The notes beneath the pieces were generated by a model that was given only the letters and a program-made list of their open reading frames with translations, did not search any database and was not told the origin of the DNA. DNA of 64,000 nt from a bacterium (GTDB taxonomy: Bacteria; Electryoneota; JAOADG01): the NCBI GenBank assembly GCA_963681965.1, contig OY820579.1:559078-623077 (forward strand), given 5' to 3'. This document shows, in pieces, positions 19,343-29,439 of this stretch. Each line of letters begins with the position of its first letter. The first letter of the stretch is position 1. Made by a program: the position numbers and the translations under genes.

Positions 19343-22300
19343 CTACTTCAATAACACGATCTTCTGTGTCTTGCTGAACGTTCCCGCCTGCAATCGTACA
19401 AAATACGTTCCACTCGCTAATCGTGAACCGTCGAGCAATACCCGATACGTTCCGGGACGCTGCTCGCGCTGCACAAGTGTCGATACTTCGCGACCGGTGA
19501 GATCGTAGAGACAAAGCTCGACGTGAGATGAAATTGGAAGGGTGTAGGAAAGAGTAGTGGTGGCGTTGAAGGGATTCGGAAAAGCCTTAATGCTTGCGCT
19601 TTGCGGAAGAATCGTTAACTTTACTTCATTTGCATCAGTCGATTCCGGCAAAGTAATAAACTTCACGATAAAGGCATCCCACCCGCCTTGATTCGTGCTA
19701 TCGATTGCAGAACCGGTCACTGGGAAATTGGTACTATTCGTTCTGCCAACAATCGCTAATGTATCACTACCCACTAAAACCGAACCTTCACAATTATCGT
19801 AATTATTGCCACCGATAAATGTACTGTACATTAGTGTATCCAAAGTACTGTTAAACTTCATGATGAAACCGTCAGTACCACCACCATTGTAGAGTGAATC
19901 GAAAGAGTTGATCGTGACAGGGAATTCGGTGCTGACTGTTACGCCAGCTGAATAAACACAATGATTGAGTCGATTAAACTGAGCACTGGTTGAGTAGTCG
20001 GTCATGCTACCACCTATATATGTGCTTAAGAAAGATGATTCCGTCGATGTATAGGTCATGTGTCCGACGAAGGCATCACCTAATTCACCGCCATGATAGG
20101 TCGTGTCGTAACCATGAGGAGATACTCGAAAATCGGAACTACAAGTAATTCCAGAGATAAACCAACCACCGAGACCGTCATTTGATAGACCATAGATTCG
20201 ATCGGTACAATTTCCACCGATATAAGTACTATAGGCAAGGGATCTGCAATCGGTAGAAAACACTGTAAGGAAACAGTTTCCACCGCCACGCAACTGAGAA
20301 CTATAGCAATTGGATGTTGTCGGAAGATTTGTACTAGCTGTCATCCCAGCAATCGCTACCCTTCCAGAGTCATCAAAATCAATTTTATATGCGATCGTTT
20401 GAGAATTTCCACCAAAATAAGAACTGTAGATAAGGTTCGATCCAGTACTGTTAAGGTGAGTAAGAAATACATTGGTACTGTAAAATGGCAGAGTACTATA
20501 AGCATCGGAAGTACAGGGAAAATTCAAACCCTCAGTGTACCCAGTTACGTAAGCACCACCGTTTGCATCGCTGATAACAGATTGAGCTTCTTGGAGAGCA
20601 TTATTACTGCCGAGAAGGAAACTATAGATGATTCGCGAACCGGATGCGTTGAGACGCATAATGTAACACTTATTATCATGGATCGGTTGTGTTCGATCGA
20701 AGGCAGTAGCTGAAACTGGAAATCCTGCACCACCCGTCGAACCGCAGACAATTGTTCCACCGGTAGGATCGGCACAGATTCCAACAGCAAAATCATCACT
20801 ATTTCCACCGAGATAGGTACTGAACAGCAGTTGATTGTCTAACGAGTTGATTGAAGATACAAAAACATCCGTAGCGGAAAGTGTCGTATCGAAAGCTCCA
20901 GATGTTACCGGAAAATCGCTACTCTGCGTGTCGCCCGCGACAACGATATTTCCAGTTGTAGTTTTACAAATTACCATTCCTTCATCTGTACCACTTCCCC
21001 CCAAATACGTGGAATACACCAGCGGATCAATTCTGAGCGTCTGCGAGGCATCATATCCAATCGGTAAATCGATCGCGAAGACATTTCTCGTCTCGAGTCT
21101 GAACTGTGCTGCGACATCGTTTCCGCGAGCGCCATTCGAGGTGGTTTGGTAGGCGCCCGGAATTTTCATCCGCAATTCACCTAGGGAGGTCATGAGTGAC
21201 AGTTCATTCGACAAGAGGGAGTCGGACACTCCTGTCCGACTCCCTTTTGTGACAGAAATATCTGAGTCGACGGACAAGAGTGTCCGTCCTCCGCCTGCGA
21301 TCGGTGCTTCCAATCCTTCGCACACCATCTGGATTTGCTTCGGATCGGCACCGGGATGCGCGACGAAATCGAATTCGAGATGCCCCTTGCTCTCGTAAAA
21401 TTCGACATCGATTCCCGCCCACACCTCGCGATACACCACGCGTGTAAAATTGCGGCAATCCGGTGCCCACTTCGAAGAATCATTCCCGAGAAAATAGTTG
21501 TTGTGCCACGATAGTTCACCCTGTGCATCAATCCGCTTTGCTTGTGCGAAGGGTAGGTCGGAATTTATTCCGACTTCCTCTTGTGTCGAATATTTTTCTG
21601 TAGGGGCGTATGGCATTCGCCCTAATCTTGTATCTTGAATCCTGATTTTGTATTTGCGAGGAATGAACGAAGGAACGTGCGAAGCACTTCCGAAGTGGAA
21701 TGACGAAGCAACCCCGAAGGGCTCACCGAAGGTAATCTCCTCCTGAGTCTTTGATTCATTTAAAGAGTAGATTGCTTCGTCACTTCGCTGCGGCTTTCCG
21801 CCTTCGGCGGACGATCCTTCGCTGCGTTCCTCGCAAAGACAAGTGAAAGCATCTTGATCGGATAGGGGCGTATGCGATTCGCCCCTACGGGAATCAACAA
21901 ATCTAAATTTGAGCGCGTGAGATTTTAAACGGGAATGATGGATACGACCATTGGGATCGAATCGTGCATCATTAACGGACACGGGCGGTTCGCGAACCGC
22001 CCCTACCAAAGAAGAAGGATCAAAAAATGTCAAGAGTGGATTGCCACGTCCGCCGCTTTGCGGCGTCCTCGCAATGACAGAATTAAATGCGGTGGGCGAA
22101 CACGGGGGTCCGCCCCTACTGGAAAAAGGATCGACGGGCGGGCGCGGGGACCCGCCCCTACTTGAGTCAACAATTGAGGTGACGAGGGTGACACCATCGC
22201 GCTCAAGGAACCAGGTGAAACCGTCGCGGCGGACTTCGCACTTGTAGAGCACGGCACTATCCCACTGTCCCTTGTTCTCGGTGAATTGGAAGGGATGCGG

Positions 22301-22399
22301 CAAGCGCGACGATTGTACACTCACCGCTAACGCGGAGTGCAACCACAAAACAAGCAGTAATAAAACAAAATAAACGGTTCGGGAAAGGTCTCGCGGCAT
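19343..22399 (-). CDS. T9SS-secreted SBBP (beta-propeller) repeat protein whose N-terminal region contains a roughly 580-bp in-frame block of REP-like repeat DNA
   Basis: ATG at 22397-22399 (MPRDLSRTVYFVLLLLVLWLHSALA signal); the track start is TTG. FTENKGQWD...WFLERDGVTLV, then ...NYFLGNDSSKW...EFDFVAHPGADPKQIQMVCEG, multiple YSTYLGGSG.D.G SBBP repeats, and a T9SS C-terminal domain (FPNPFNATTTLSYT...GTYFVRLQAGTFSKTQKIVLLK). Residues about 75-270 (SSRGGSPRPPVDPFSSRGGPP...) are encoded by repeat DNA. Confidence 0.7.
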   Translation of the reverse strand: MPRDLSRTVYFVLLLLVLWLHSALAVSVQSSRLPHPFQFTENKGQWDSAVLYKCEVRRDGFTWFLERDGVTLVTSIVDSSRGGSPRPPVDPFSSRGGPPCSPTAFNSVIARTPQSGGRGNPLLTFFDPSSLVGAVREPPVSVNDARFDPNGRIHHSRLKSHALKFRFVDSRRGESHTPLSDQDAFTCLCEERSEGSSAEGGKPQRSDEAIYSLNESKTQEEITFGEPFGVASSFHFGSASHVPSFIPRKYKIRIQDTRLGRMPYAPTEKYSTQEEVGINSDLPFAQAKRIDAQGELSWHNNYFLGNDSSKWAPDCRNFTRVVYREVWAGIDVEFYESKGHLEFDFVAHPGADPKQIQMVCEGLEAPIAGGGRTLLSVDSDISVTKGSRTGVSDSLLSNELSLMTSLGELRMKIPGAYQTTSNGARGNDVAAQFRLETRNVFAIDLPIGYDASQTLRIDPLVYSTYLGGSGTDEGMVICKTTTGNIVVAGDTQSSDFPVTSGAFDTTLSATDVFVSSINSLDNQLLFSTYLGGNSDDFAVGICADPTGGTIVCGSTGGAGFPVSATAFDRTQPIHDNKCYIMRLNASGSRIIYSFLLGSNNALQEAQSVISDANGGAYVTGYTEGLNFPCTSDAYSTLPFYSTNVFLTHLNSTGSNLIYSSYFGGNSQTIAYKIDFDDSGRVAIAGMTASTNLPTTSNCYSSQLRGGGNCFLTVFSTDCRSLAYSTYIGGNCTDRIYGLSNDGLGGWFISGITCSSDFRVSPHGYDTTYHGGELGDAFVGHMTYTSTESSFLSTYIGGSMTDYSTSAQFNRLNHCVYSAGVTVSTEFPVTINSFDSLYNGGGTDGFIMKFNSTLDTLMYSTFIGGNNYDNCEGSVLVGSDTLAIVGRTNSTNFPVTGSAIDSTNQGGWDAFIVKFITLPESTDANEVKLTILPQSASIKAFPNPFNATTTLSYTLPISSHVELCLYDLTGREVSTLVQREQRPGTYRVLLDGSRLASGTYFVRLQAGTFSKTQKIVLLK
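21598..22180. repeat. REP-like palindromic elements embedded in-frame inside the SBBP gene
   Basis: ctgtaggggcgtatggcattcgccctaatcttgtatc (21598-). ggataggggcgtatgcgattcgcccctacggg. cgggcggttcgcgaaccgcccctacc. cgggggtccgcccctactgg. cgggcgggcgcggggacccgcccctacttg. These are the same hairpin units as the intergenic REP-like elements, and the sequence between them resembles non-coding DNA. Confidence 0.6.
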
Positions 22400-22544
22400 C
22401 GCTGCACCTCTGGCATAAGGCAAGTAGGGATCTTAGAAAATAATATAATCAATATTCTTAAATATTCTGACTATTGTCCAACCCTCTTCAATCTTGCCGT
22501 GAGAACTATTGTATGTGGCGCAAAAATAAGTGATATATCGAGGT

Positions 22545-25490
22545 TTAATACTGTTTGTCGTCCAAAACGACACGCAGTTTTTCCGATAGACTTCGCATCG
22601 TAAACGGTTTCTGAATGAAGTAAATAGTCTTATCGGACGTGGTTTGGTTCGGCAAGATCTCCGCCGAATATCCCGACATGAATAAGCATTTTATGGTTGG
22701 AAATTTTTCTTTGAGTGCCACCGTCATATCCCATCCGTTCATTTCGGGCATGACGACATCAGTAAGAACCAATTGGATTTCACCGGCGTACTCTTCCGCA
22801 AGTTTCAGCGCCTCAAGTGGCGACAATGCTTTCAACAGAGTGTAACCTTGTCGTTCAAGCACCTTCGAGATCATTTTCAATACGGCAGTTTCATCTTCAA
22901 CGAGTAAAATAATTTCGTTGCCATAGATATCAAGAGTCTGTTCTTCGCTAACTGAAGCCGACCGCGTGGTTCCCTGAAATCGCGGCAAATAAATATTGAA
23001 TGTCGTTCCCTGACCGATCTCACTCTCAACCTCGATCATTCCGTTGTTCTGCCGGACAATACCATAGACCGTTGCCAATCCCAAACCAGTGCCCTTACCG
23101 GTCTCTTTGGTAGTAAAAAACGGTTCAAACAGTCGATCGATCGTTTCGCGATTCATTCCACAACCGGTATCGCGCACCACTAAGTGGATATATTCTCCAA
23201 TTGGAAGACTCGAGTGCGCAGAGCCGGTTTCGGCAGTGACCGTCAAGTTGTGAGTTTCAATGGCGATTTTGCCGATATTCCCAATGGCATCGCGGGAATT
23301 GACACAGAGATTTGCCAGAATCTGATCAATCTGCGATGGATCCATTCGTACCGACCAAAGATTAGGGGCGGGCAGCCATTGCAAATCGATATCCTCACCA
23401 ATCAATCGGCGCAGCATTTTGAGCATACCGTCGATCGTTTCGTTGAGATTGAGCACTTTTGGGATAACCGTCTGTTTGCGTGCAAAGGCTAGCAGTTGCC
23501 GGGTTAAATCGGCAGATCGCTGAGCACATTTCTGAATTTCTGCAAGATTCTCCAATACCGGTTTGTCATCGGCGGTATTTTGGATTGCCAGCTCCACATT
23601 CCCGAGAATTGCTTGAAGCATATTATTGAAATCGTGTGCGACACCACCGGCGAGGCGTCCTACCGACTCCATTTTCTGCGCCTGTTGCAACTGAGCTTCC
23701 AGTTTCGCGCTTTCCTCTTCGGCATGTTTCCGGTCGGAGATGTCGGTAATCGTACCGACGATTCGTAATGGTTTTCCTTCGGAATCGCGTTCAACAATTC
23801 GACCGCAATCGAGGATCCAAATCCAATCGCCGCTCTTCTTTCGCTTCCGATACTCCATCACAAACATCGGTGTTTCACCGCTCAAATGACGGTCCAGCCC
23901 TTCACGAACTTTCGCGACATCTTCCGGCATCATCGTTTGAGTCCATAACCGGTTGTTCGCGTCAACTTCGGCTTGCGAATAGCCCAATAATTTTAACCAT
24001 CCCGGGCTGTAGTAATTCTGGTCGTTACTCAGATCCCAATCCCATAATCCGGTATTGGTGGCATCGAGCGCTAGCTGCATACGCTCTTCGTTCAATCGCA
24101 ACGCTGCTTCGGCACGTTTCTTGGCAGTGATGTTTTTACCTTCACCCAGAACGGCAAACGGTTTACCTTGTTCGTCGCGGATCAGACTGAAAGTATTATC
24201 CGACCAATAGGTCGAGCCGTCTTTGCGGTAAAATTCCAATTCGATGGATCGGGAAAAATTGTAATTCGGATCCGCCATCGCTTTCTGCAGCTCTTCATGG
24301 TAGGCTTTGATCGCACGCTCGTAACTCTCGGCAGTGATCTGCTTTTCCATGGGTAATTGCTGAATTTCTTCCAGTGTGTATCCGCGGACCCGCTCAATCG
24401 AGGGACTGATGTAAGTCGTGTACCAATTCAAATCCATCAATGAGACGGTGTCGTTCATGTGATCGGCAAGAAACCGGTAGCGGGCTTCACTTGCTTTCAG
24501 TTCATTCTCGGTACGTTTCCAGTCGGTGATATCCATCGTGAATCCTGCCAGCAAGACGGGACTACCCGGACGGGAAATCGGAAATTTCGTGGTGATATAC
24601 TGGCGACCGTTTAATTCTTCATATAGTTCGATCGATTGTCTTTGAGCAATGATTTGTTTGTCGTCCTCGATCATCTTTTGGGCAAATTCGGTCGGGAACA
24701 GATCAAACATCGGTTTTCCCAGCAGGGTATTCAGTGGTCTACCGATCATGTTTTCGAAATTTCGACTAAGGAGCAGCGTTTTTAGATCCTGATCCTTGAA
24801 GAAGACATAAACGGGACAATGATCCATGAAGAGTTGAAACAGATCTTCTTTTTCTTGTAGCGCCTGTTCACTTTTTTTAAGTGCGTTTGCAGTAATCTGT
24901 AAAGTATTAATGCGCTCTTCTTCGAGGAGTTTGAAATGTCGACGCAAAATCAGGATCAATACCCCTGCGATAACCACACATACTAGAATGGAATAGCCGG
25001 TGATAACTGAGCGCGAATCGTAGTGGGAAAATTGGAGTAAGAAAGTGCTCGAAATTGCTAACACGGCAATCACGATCGATGTGATTTGAGGCGAGAAGGC
25101 AATCGCAGTCACGATGATCGGGATAATCGCGGTGGCTAATACCCCGATTTCCGCATTGGGGTCGGGCATAAATGGTGCAACGATCGGAACGAGTAAACAC
25201 GTGACGATGTAAATCCACAATCCGGTAAGGTAGTTGCCAGTTCGCAAGAACCCGTATGCGAGCGCGACAAAAAGTAATCCAAAGCAGACAATCAAGAAAT
25301 CCAGATCACCCAAAATCGACCGATGTTCATACGTTACCCAAAGCACATCCAGTATTATCGCTGCGAGCGTCGCGAAACCAATATGCGCGAGCATCAAGGA
25401 CTGAAATAGTCGAGCAGTCCGGTGTTGAACCTGATCGGTAATTCTGTGGTGTGGTCGGGTGGCGGTATCCCAAAATGCCGTTAAGTGCAT
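22545..25490 (-). CDS. Hybrid sensor histidine kinase: multi-TM N-terminus, three PAS domains, HisKA, HATPase_c and a C-terminal receiver
   Basis: About 6 TM helices in the first 190 aa. PAS-type segments, each followed by a PAC-like tail. H-box ESVGRLAGGVAHDFNNML. ATP lid VVRDTGCGM...GTGLGLATVYGIV. Receiver ILLVEDETAV...LVLTDVVMPEMNGWD. ATG start confirmed at 25488-25490. Confidence 0.85.
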   Translation of the reverse strand: MHLTAFWDTATRPHHRITDQVQHRTARLFQSLMLAHIGFATLAAIILDVLWVTYEHRSILGDLDFLIVCFGLLFVALAYGFLRTGNYLTGLWIYIVTCLLVPIVAPFMPDPNAEIGVLATAIIPIIVTAIAFSPQITSIVIAVLAISSTFLLQFSHYDSRSVITGYSILVCVVIAGVLILILRRHFKLLEEERINTLQITANALKKSEQALQEKEDLFQLFMDHCPVYVFFKDQDLKTLLLSRNFENMIGRPLNTLLGKPMFDLFPTEFAQKMIEDDKQIIAQRQSIELYEELNGRQYITTKFPISRPGSPVLLAGFTMDITDWKRTENELKASEARYRFLADHMNDTVSLMDLNWYTTYISPSIERVRGYTLEEIQQLPMEKQITAESYERAIKAYHEELQKAMADPNYNFSRSIELEFYRKDGSTYWSDNTFSLIRDEQGKPFAVLGEGKNITAKKRAEAALRLNEERMQLALDATNTGLWDWDLSNDQNYYSPGWLKLLGYSQAEVDANNRLWTQTMMPEDVAKVREGLDRHLSGETPMFVMEYRKRKKSGDWIWILDCGRIVERDSEGKPLRIVGTITDISDRKHAEEESAKLEAQLQQAQKMESVGRLAGGVAHDFNNMLQAILGNVELAIQNTADDKPVLENLAEIQKCAQRSADLTRQLLAFARKQTVIPKVLNLNETIDGMLKMLRRLIGEDIDLQWLPAPNLWSVRMDPSQIDQILANLCVNSRDAIGNIGKIAIETHNLTVTAETGSAHSSLPIGEYIHLVVRDTGCGMNRETIDRLFEPFFTTKETGKGTGLGLATVYGIVRQNNGMIEVESEIGQGTTFNIYLPRFQGTTRSASVSEEQTLDIYGNEIILLVEDETAVLKMISKVLERQGYTLLKALSPLEALKLAEEYAGEIQLVLTDVVMPEMNGWDMTVALKEKFPTIKCLFMSGYSAEILPNQTTSDKTIYFIQKPFTMRSLSEKLRVVLDDKQY

Positions 25491-25793
25491 AACAGAAATA
25501 GTTTCCTTTGGGTCGCTGAATGGGATTCAATCATCGATACGAGAGGGTTACGCTTGCGCGAGGAAATGCCATCCCGATCAATTTAAGTTTTTTAAAGATA
25601 CGGAAATTCTTCGCTTCTGACGAAAAAAAAATGAAATTAGTTAATTTTGTCTCGGAATTAGCGAGATACTTCCAAATTACCACTTATTTATAATCGTCAC
25701 TCAAATAGAACAACGGTCACAATTCGATTATCTGTAGGCTACTCAAGATGTTCTAAATAAAATTGCCGGATTTGAAGTTTTATGTGTATATTT

Positions 25794-25809
25794 GTATATG
25801 CGCATATAC
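25794..25809. promoter_or_regulatory. Perfect 16-bp palindrome GTATATGCGCATATAC, a candidate ArsR/SmtB operator
   Basis: Located 60 bp upstream of the arsR start in the divergent region shared with the hybrid kinase gene. ArsR/SmtB repressors bind AT-rich imperfect inverted repeats of this size. Confidence 0.5.
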
Positions 25810-25868
25810 TAACATAGAAACTCTAGATGGATTGCAATTCGGTTTGTTTTGGAGTGGGAAGACAGAAA

Positions 25869-26237
25869 ATGGACAATCTCGCGCAGTTATTTGGATTATT
25901 ATCGGATCCGGTGCGGTTGAAGTTGTTGGGGTTACTCGCCGGTGGCGAGCGGTGTGTCTGTCAGTTGCACGAACCGCTCGGATTGCAGCAGAGTACCGCC
26001 AGCCGGCACTTAATGCTGTTGCGTACCGCCGGGGTTGTCACATCGCGTCGCGTCGGAACGTGGATGCATTACCGCATTGCACCGGAATTGTGGAAAGCGG
26101 AATGGAAAACTATTCTTCCCCAAGCTATCGAAACGGCAGCAAAACAGCTCCAAATGGTGACCCCGAAAATTATCTGTAGCGCTCCCAAAGCAATGAAACC
26201 AAGTAAAGAATCAAAATCGATATTACCGGCATCATGA
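25869..26237 (+). CDS. arsR: ArsR/SmtB family metalloregulatory transcriptional repressor
   Basis: LSDPVRLKLLGLLAGGERCVCQLHEPLGLQQSTASRHLMLLRTAGVV is the winged-HTH with the ELCVCDL-type metal-site motif. Start placed at ATG 25869 (MDNLAQ), with gggaag 11 bp upstream, rather than the track start at 25827. Confidence 0.8.
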   Translation: MDNLAQLFGLLSDPVRLKLLGLLAGGERCVCQLHEPLGLQQSTASRHLMLLRTAGVVTSRRVGTWMHYRIAPELWKAEWKTILPQAIETAAKQLQMVTPKIICSAPKAMKPSKESKSILPAS

Positions 26238-27277
26238 ACAACCTCTTTCACCGTCCTCAAAACTTACGATCCACGATCCTCACTGGTATCGTGACACTCG
26301 TTCTCTGGTGGTTGGTTTATTCACAACTAAAACCGTTTGCCGACTGGTTTGCCTATTCACTGTGCGGACTATCGGAGCATGAGCAACTCGGCTCTGCAAT
26401 TGCCTTCTTTCTGTTTGAAGCACCGAAAGTGCTGATGCTGCTCACGCTGATCGTGTTCTTCGTTGGAATTGTCCGCTCGTTTTTTACACCGGACCGCACT
26501 CGCCGAATACTGATCGGTAAGCGCGAAACTGCGGGAAATCTATTCGCTTCGCTCTTGGGCGTTGTCACACCATTCTGTTCCTGTTCGGCGGTGCCGCTCT
26601 TCATCGGTTTTGTCACGACCGGGGTACCACTCGGGGTGACATTTTCCTTTCTGATTTCGGCGCCGATGGTGAATGAGGTGGCACTGGTGCTGCTGTTCGG
26701 TCTGTTCGGCTGGAAAGTCGCCGGTCTCTATCTGGCAACCGGTCTGCTGATCGCCTTTTTCTCTGGTTGGATTATTGGAAAATTGAAATTGGAACGATGG
26801 GTCGAGAGCTGGGTGTATGAACTCCCATCCACTACCGAAGGGAGTCTGGAGGAGCAGATCGATTGGTCGGAGCGTATCGAAAAAGGGATCGATGCGGTAA
26901 AAGATATTGTCGGGAAAGTATGGTTGTATGTGTTGCTCGGAATCGCGGTCGGTGCTGGAATTCACGGCTATGTCCCGGAAAATTTCATGGCATCGATCAT
27001 GGGAAAAGAGGCGTGGTGGTCGGTACCGGTAGCCGTATTGATCGGGATTCCGATGTACTCGAATGCGGCTGGCATTATCCCAGTGGTAGAAGCGCTGCTC
27101 GGAAAAGGTGCTGCGCTCGGAACCGTACTCGCATTCATGATGGCGGTGATCGGCTTGTCGCTGCCGGAAACGATTATTCTCCGTAAAGTTTTACGCATCC
27201 CGCTGATTGCGACGTTTATCGCAGTGGTTGGATGTGGAATTTTGATCGTGGGTTATCTGTTCAATCTCATTCTTTAA
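26234..27277 (+). CDS. COG0701/DUF318 family permease (ArsP-like organoarsenical or thiol permease)
   Basis: Multi-TM protein with the conserved TPFCSCSAVPLF motif. Translationally coupled to arsR (ATGA overlap). Followed by the small thioredoxin-like 'redox-active disulfide protein 2', a common genomic pairing. Confidence 0.7.
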   Translation: MNNLFHRPQNLRSTILTGIVTLVLWWLVYSQLKPFADWFAYSLCGLSEHEQLGSAIAFFLFEAPKVLMLLTLIVFFVGIVRSFFTPDRTRRILIGKRETAGNLFASLLGVVTPFCSCSAVPLFIGFVTTGVPLGVTFSFLISAPMVNEVALVLLFGLFGWKVAGLYLATGLLIAFFSGWIIGKLKLERWVESWVYELPSTTEGSLEEQIDWSERIEKGIDAVKDIVGKVWLYVLLGIAVGAGIHGYVPENFMASIMGKEAWWSVPVAVLIGIPMYSNAAGIIPVVEALLGKGAALGTVLAFMMAVIGLSLPETIILRKVLRIPLIATFIAVVGCGILIVGYLFNLIL

Positions 27278-27294
27278 ATCATTCGGGAGTTACC

Positions 27295-27531
27295 ATGAAA
27301 AAGATCGAAGTACTCGGCAGCGGTTGTGCGAAATGCAAACAGCTTGAAATGAAAGTACGCGAATTATCCGCCGACAACGATATCGAGGCGAATATCGTGA
27401 AAGTGTCCGACATCAAAGAAATCATGAAGTATGGTATTCTATCCACGCCCGGACTGGTGGTCGATGGTGAAGTGAAGTGGTCGGGTAGTATTCCGAAGGA
27501 CGAGCAGATCCTAGCCTGGTTGAAAGGATAA
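27295..27531 (+). CDS. Small thioredoxin-fold protein (redox-active disulfide protein 2 type)
   Basis: MKKIEVLGSGCAKCKQLE... with a CxxC motif, 78 aa. ATG at 27295; the track start at 27232 reads through the intergenic region. Confidence 0.7.
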   Translation: MKKIEVLGSGCAKCKQLEMKVRELSADNDIEANIVKVSDIKEIMKYGILSTPGLVVDGEVKWSGSIPKDEQILAWLKG

Positions 27532-27537
27532 TCTATC

Positions 27538-27960
27538 ATGAAACGAATCATTCTCTTGACACTCGTTTTGGTGATTGTTAATCTCTGTTTCGCGACGGAA
27601 ACCGTTCCATCGAAAACAGCAGTTACACCCGATACGAGCGCAATCAAAAAAAATGAACCATTGGTAACATTCGTCGAACTCGGATCGGTGAATTGCGTAC
27701 CGTGCAAACAGATGCAACCGGTAATGAAAGCGATCGAAGAGAAGTACGGCGATCAGGTGAAGGTGGTTTTCCACGACGTCTGGAAGGAAGATCAAAAGAA
27801 ATTCGCGAAAGAATTCAAAATCCGGATTATTCCAACACAAGTGTTTCTCGATGCCGCCGGTAAAGAATTTTTCCGACACGAAGGTTTTTATGCCGAAAAG
27901 GAAATCGATAAGTTGGTACAGGAAAAGGGTGCGAAACCTAAATCAGAAACTAAGGAATAG
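27538..27960 (+). CDS. Periplasmic thioredoxin-family protein (signal peptide, CVPC active site)
   Basis: Signal peptide MKRIILLTLVLVIVNLCFA. LVTFVELGSVNCVPCKQMQPVM thioredoxin motif. Confidence 0.75.
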   Translation: MKRIILLTLVLVIVNLCFATETVPSKTAVTPDTSAIKKNEPLVTFVELGSVNCVPCKQMQPVMKAIEEKYGDQVKVVFHDVWKEDQKKFAKEFKIRIIPTQVFLDAAGKEFFRHEGFYAEKEIDKLVQEKGAKPKSETKE

Positions 27961-27963
27961 CGC

Positions 27964-28662
27964 GTGAATACGCTGTTTACTACTTTATCGGAGGCGATGT
28001 TCGCCAATATCGGAATCGCGATCGCGGCTTCCTTTGCATGGGGTATCCTGAGTATTCTGCTCAGTCCATGCCATTTGTCGAGTATACCGCTGATCGTTGG
28101 ATTCTTAGCCAGCCAGAACAACTCATCTACGAAACGCAATCTCGGATTATCGCTGGTATTTGCCGCTGGTATTCTCCTGACAATCGCCTTGGTTGGATTG
28201 ATTACTGCCATGATGGGGCGGATGCTGGGCGATGTTGGACCTTATGGCAAGTATCTCGTCGCAGTGGTTTTCTTTGGGGTCGGATTGCACTTAATGGACA
28301 TCTTGCACCTGCCCGATTTCAAATTTGGATTGAAACCACTCGCGACTTCATCCGCTTACTTGCGTGCATTAGGACTCGGCATCGTGTTCGGTTTTGCACT
28401 GGGACCATGCACTTTCGCATTCATGGCACCGGTGCTCGGTGTCGTATTCAATCTTGCCAGCAGCAATCCGCTGGGCGCTGGAATTTTGTTGTTCGCTTTC
28501 GCGCTGGGACACTGCGTCGTGATTGTCGTGGTGGGAATGTTAACCACGAGGATTCAGGTATATCTCGATTGGACGAATCGCTCGAACACGATTATCTGGA
28601 TCAAGCGGATCGCAGGTGTGCTGGTGATTCTGGGCGGGATCTATCTGGTAATGAACGCGTAA
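27964..28662 (+). CDS. ccdA: CcdA/DsbD-family transmembrane thiol-disulfide electron transporter
   Basis: 6-TM protein with a conserved Cys in TM1 (LLSPCHLSSIPLIV) and a second in TM4 (ALGPCTFAF), as in CcdA. GTG start at 27964. Confidence 0.7.
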   Translation: MNTLFTTLSEAMFANIGIAIAASFAWGILSILLSPCHLSSIPLIVGFLASQNNSSTKRNLGLSLVFAAGILLTIALVGLITAMMGRMLGDVGPYGKYLVAVVFFGVGLHLMDILHLPDFKFGLKPLATSSAYLRALGLGIVFGFALGPCTFAFMAPVLGVVFNLASSNPLGAGILLFAFALGHCVVIVVVGMLTTRIQVYLDWTNRSNTIIWIKRIAGVLVILGGIYLVMNA

Positions 28663-28770
28663 ATATTTCTATGCATTAGATCATATTCGCTATTCACTTT
28701 TCGACTGAATACTATTGATTGGAGCAATTGAATTTTCATTCTTCGCTACCGAACGTAAGGAGAAATTCCA

Positions 28771-29385
28771 ATGCGACTTGAAGTAATTATCTTGCTTTGG
28801 CTGCTCTATTGTGTTATTCACAGCGGTTTGATTTCAATAACGGTATCACGAAAACTGCAACATTGGATGGGTACCCATTACCGCTTTTACCGGCTCTACT
28901 ACAACCTCTTTTCCCTACTCACATTGATCGGTTTGATCTACTTCACCAATGAACCGCGACGCGAGTTGATACTTGTTTGGTCGGGGTATTATCATCTAAT
29001 CCAAATTGCATTGACTGCGATTGCAGTAGTTATCCTAGTGTTGGGAGGACGCAGTTACAATTTAAAATACATGCTCGGGATCGAGCAGATTCGAAATTAT
29101 CAACCGGAGAAACTTCAATCCGACAGCCCGATTGTCGCGACCGGAATTCTTGGATTTGTCCGCCATCCCTGGTACTTGGGAGTGCTAATTTTACTCTGGA
29201 TGAGCAATCAGGATATCACCTCGATGATTGTAAATGGGATCTTGAGTCTTTATCTGGTGGTTGGCTCCATTCTCGAAGAGCGGAAGTTGGTAGCAGAATT
29301 CGGTTCCGCATATCGGGAGTACCAATCTCACGTATCGATGCTTTTTCCTTGGAAATGGTTGAAAGCGGCAATACACAATGGGTAG
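28771..29385 (+). CDS. Isoprenylcysteine carboxyl methyltransferase (ICMT) / phospholipid methyltransferase family membrane protein
   Basis: 204-aa 4-5 TM protein with the C-terminal motif GILGFVRHPWYLGVLILLW...EERKLVAEFGSAYREYQ characteristic of the ICMT/PEMT family. ATG follows aaggag. Confidence 0.65.
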   Translation: MRLEVIILLWLLYCVIHSGLISITVSRKLQHWMGTHYRFYRLYYNLFSLLTLIGLIYFTNEPRRELILVWSGYYHLIQIALTAIAVVILVLGGRSYNLKYMLGIEQIRNYQPEKLQSDSPIVATGILGFVRHPWYLGVLILLWMSNQDITSMIVNGILSLYLVVGSILEERKLVAEFGSAYREYQSHVSMLFPWKWLKAAIHNG

Positions 29386-29439
29386 ACGAGTGAACTCCAA
29401 CATTCGAATGAAGACAACAAATATCAATCGGGAGCAGCC

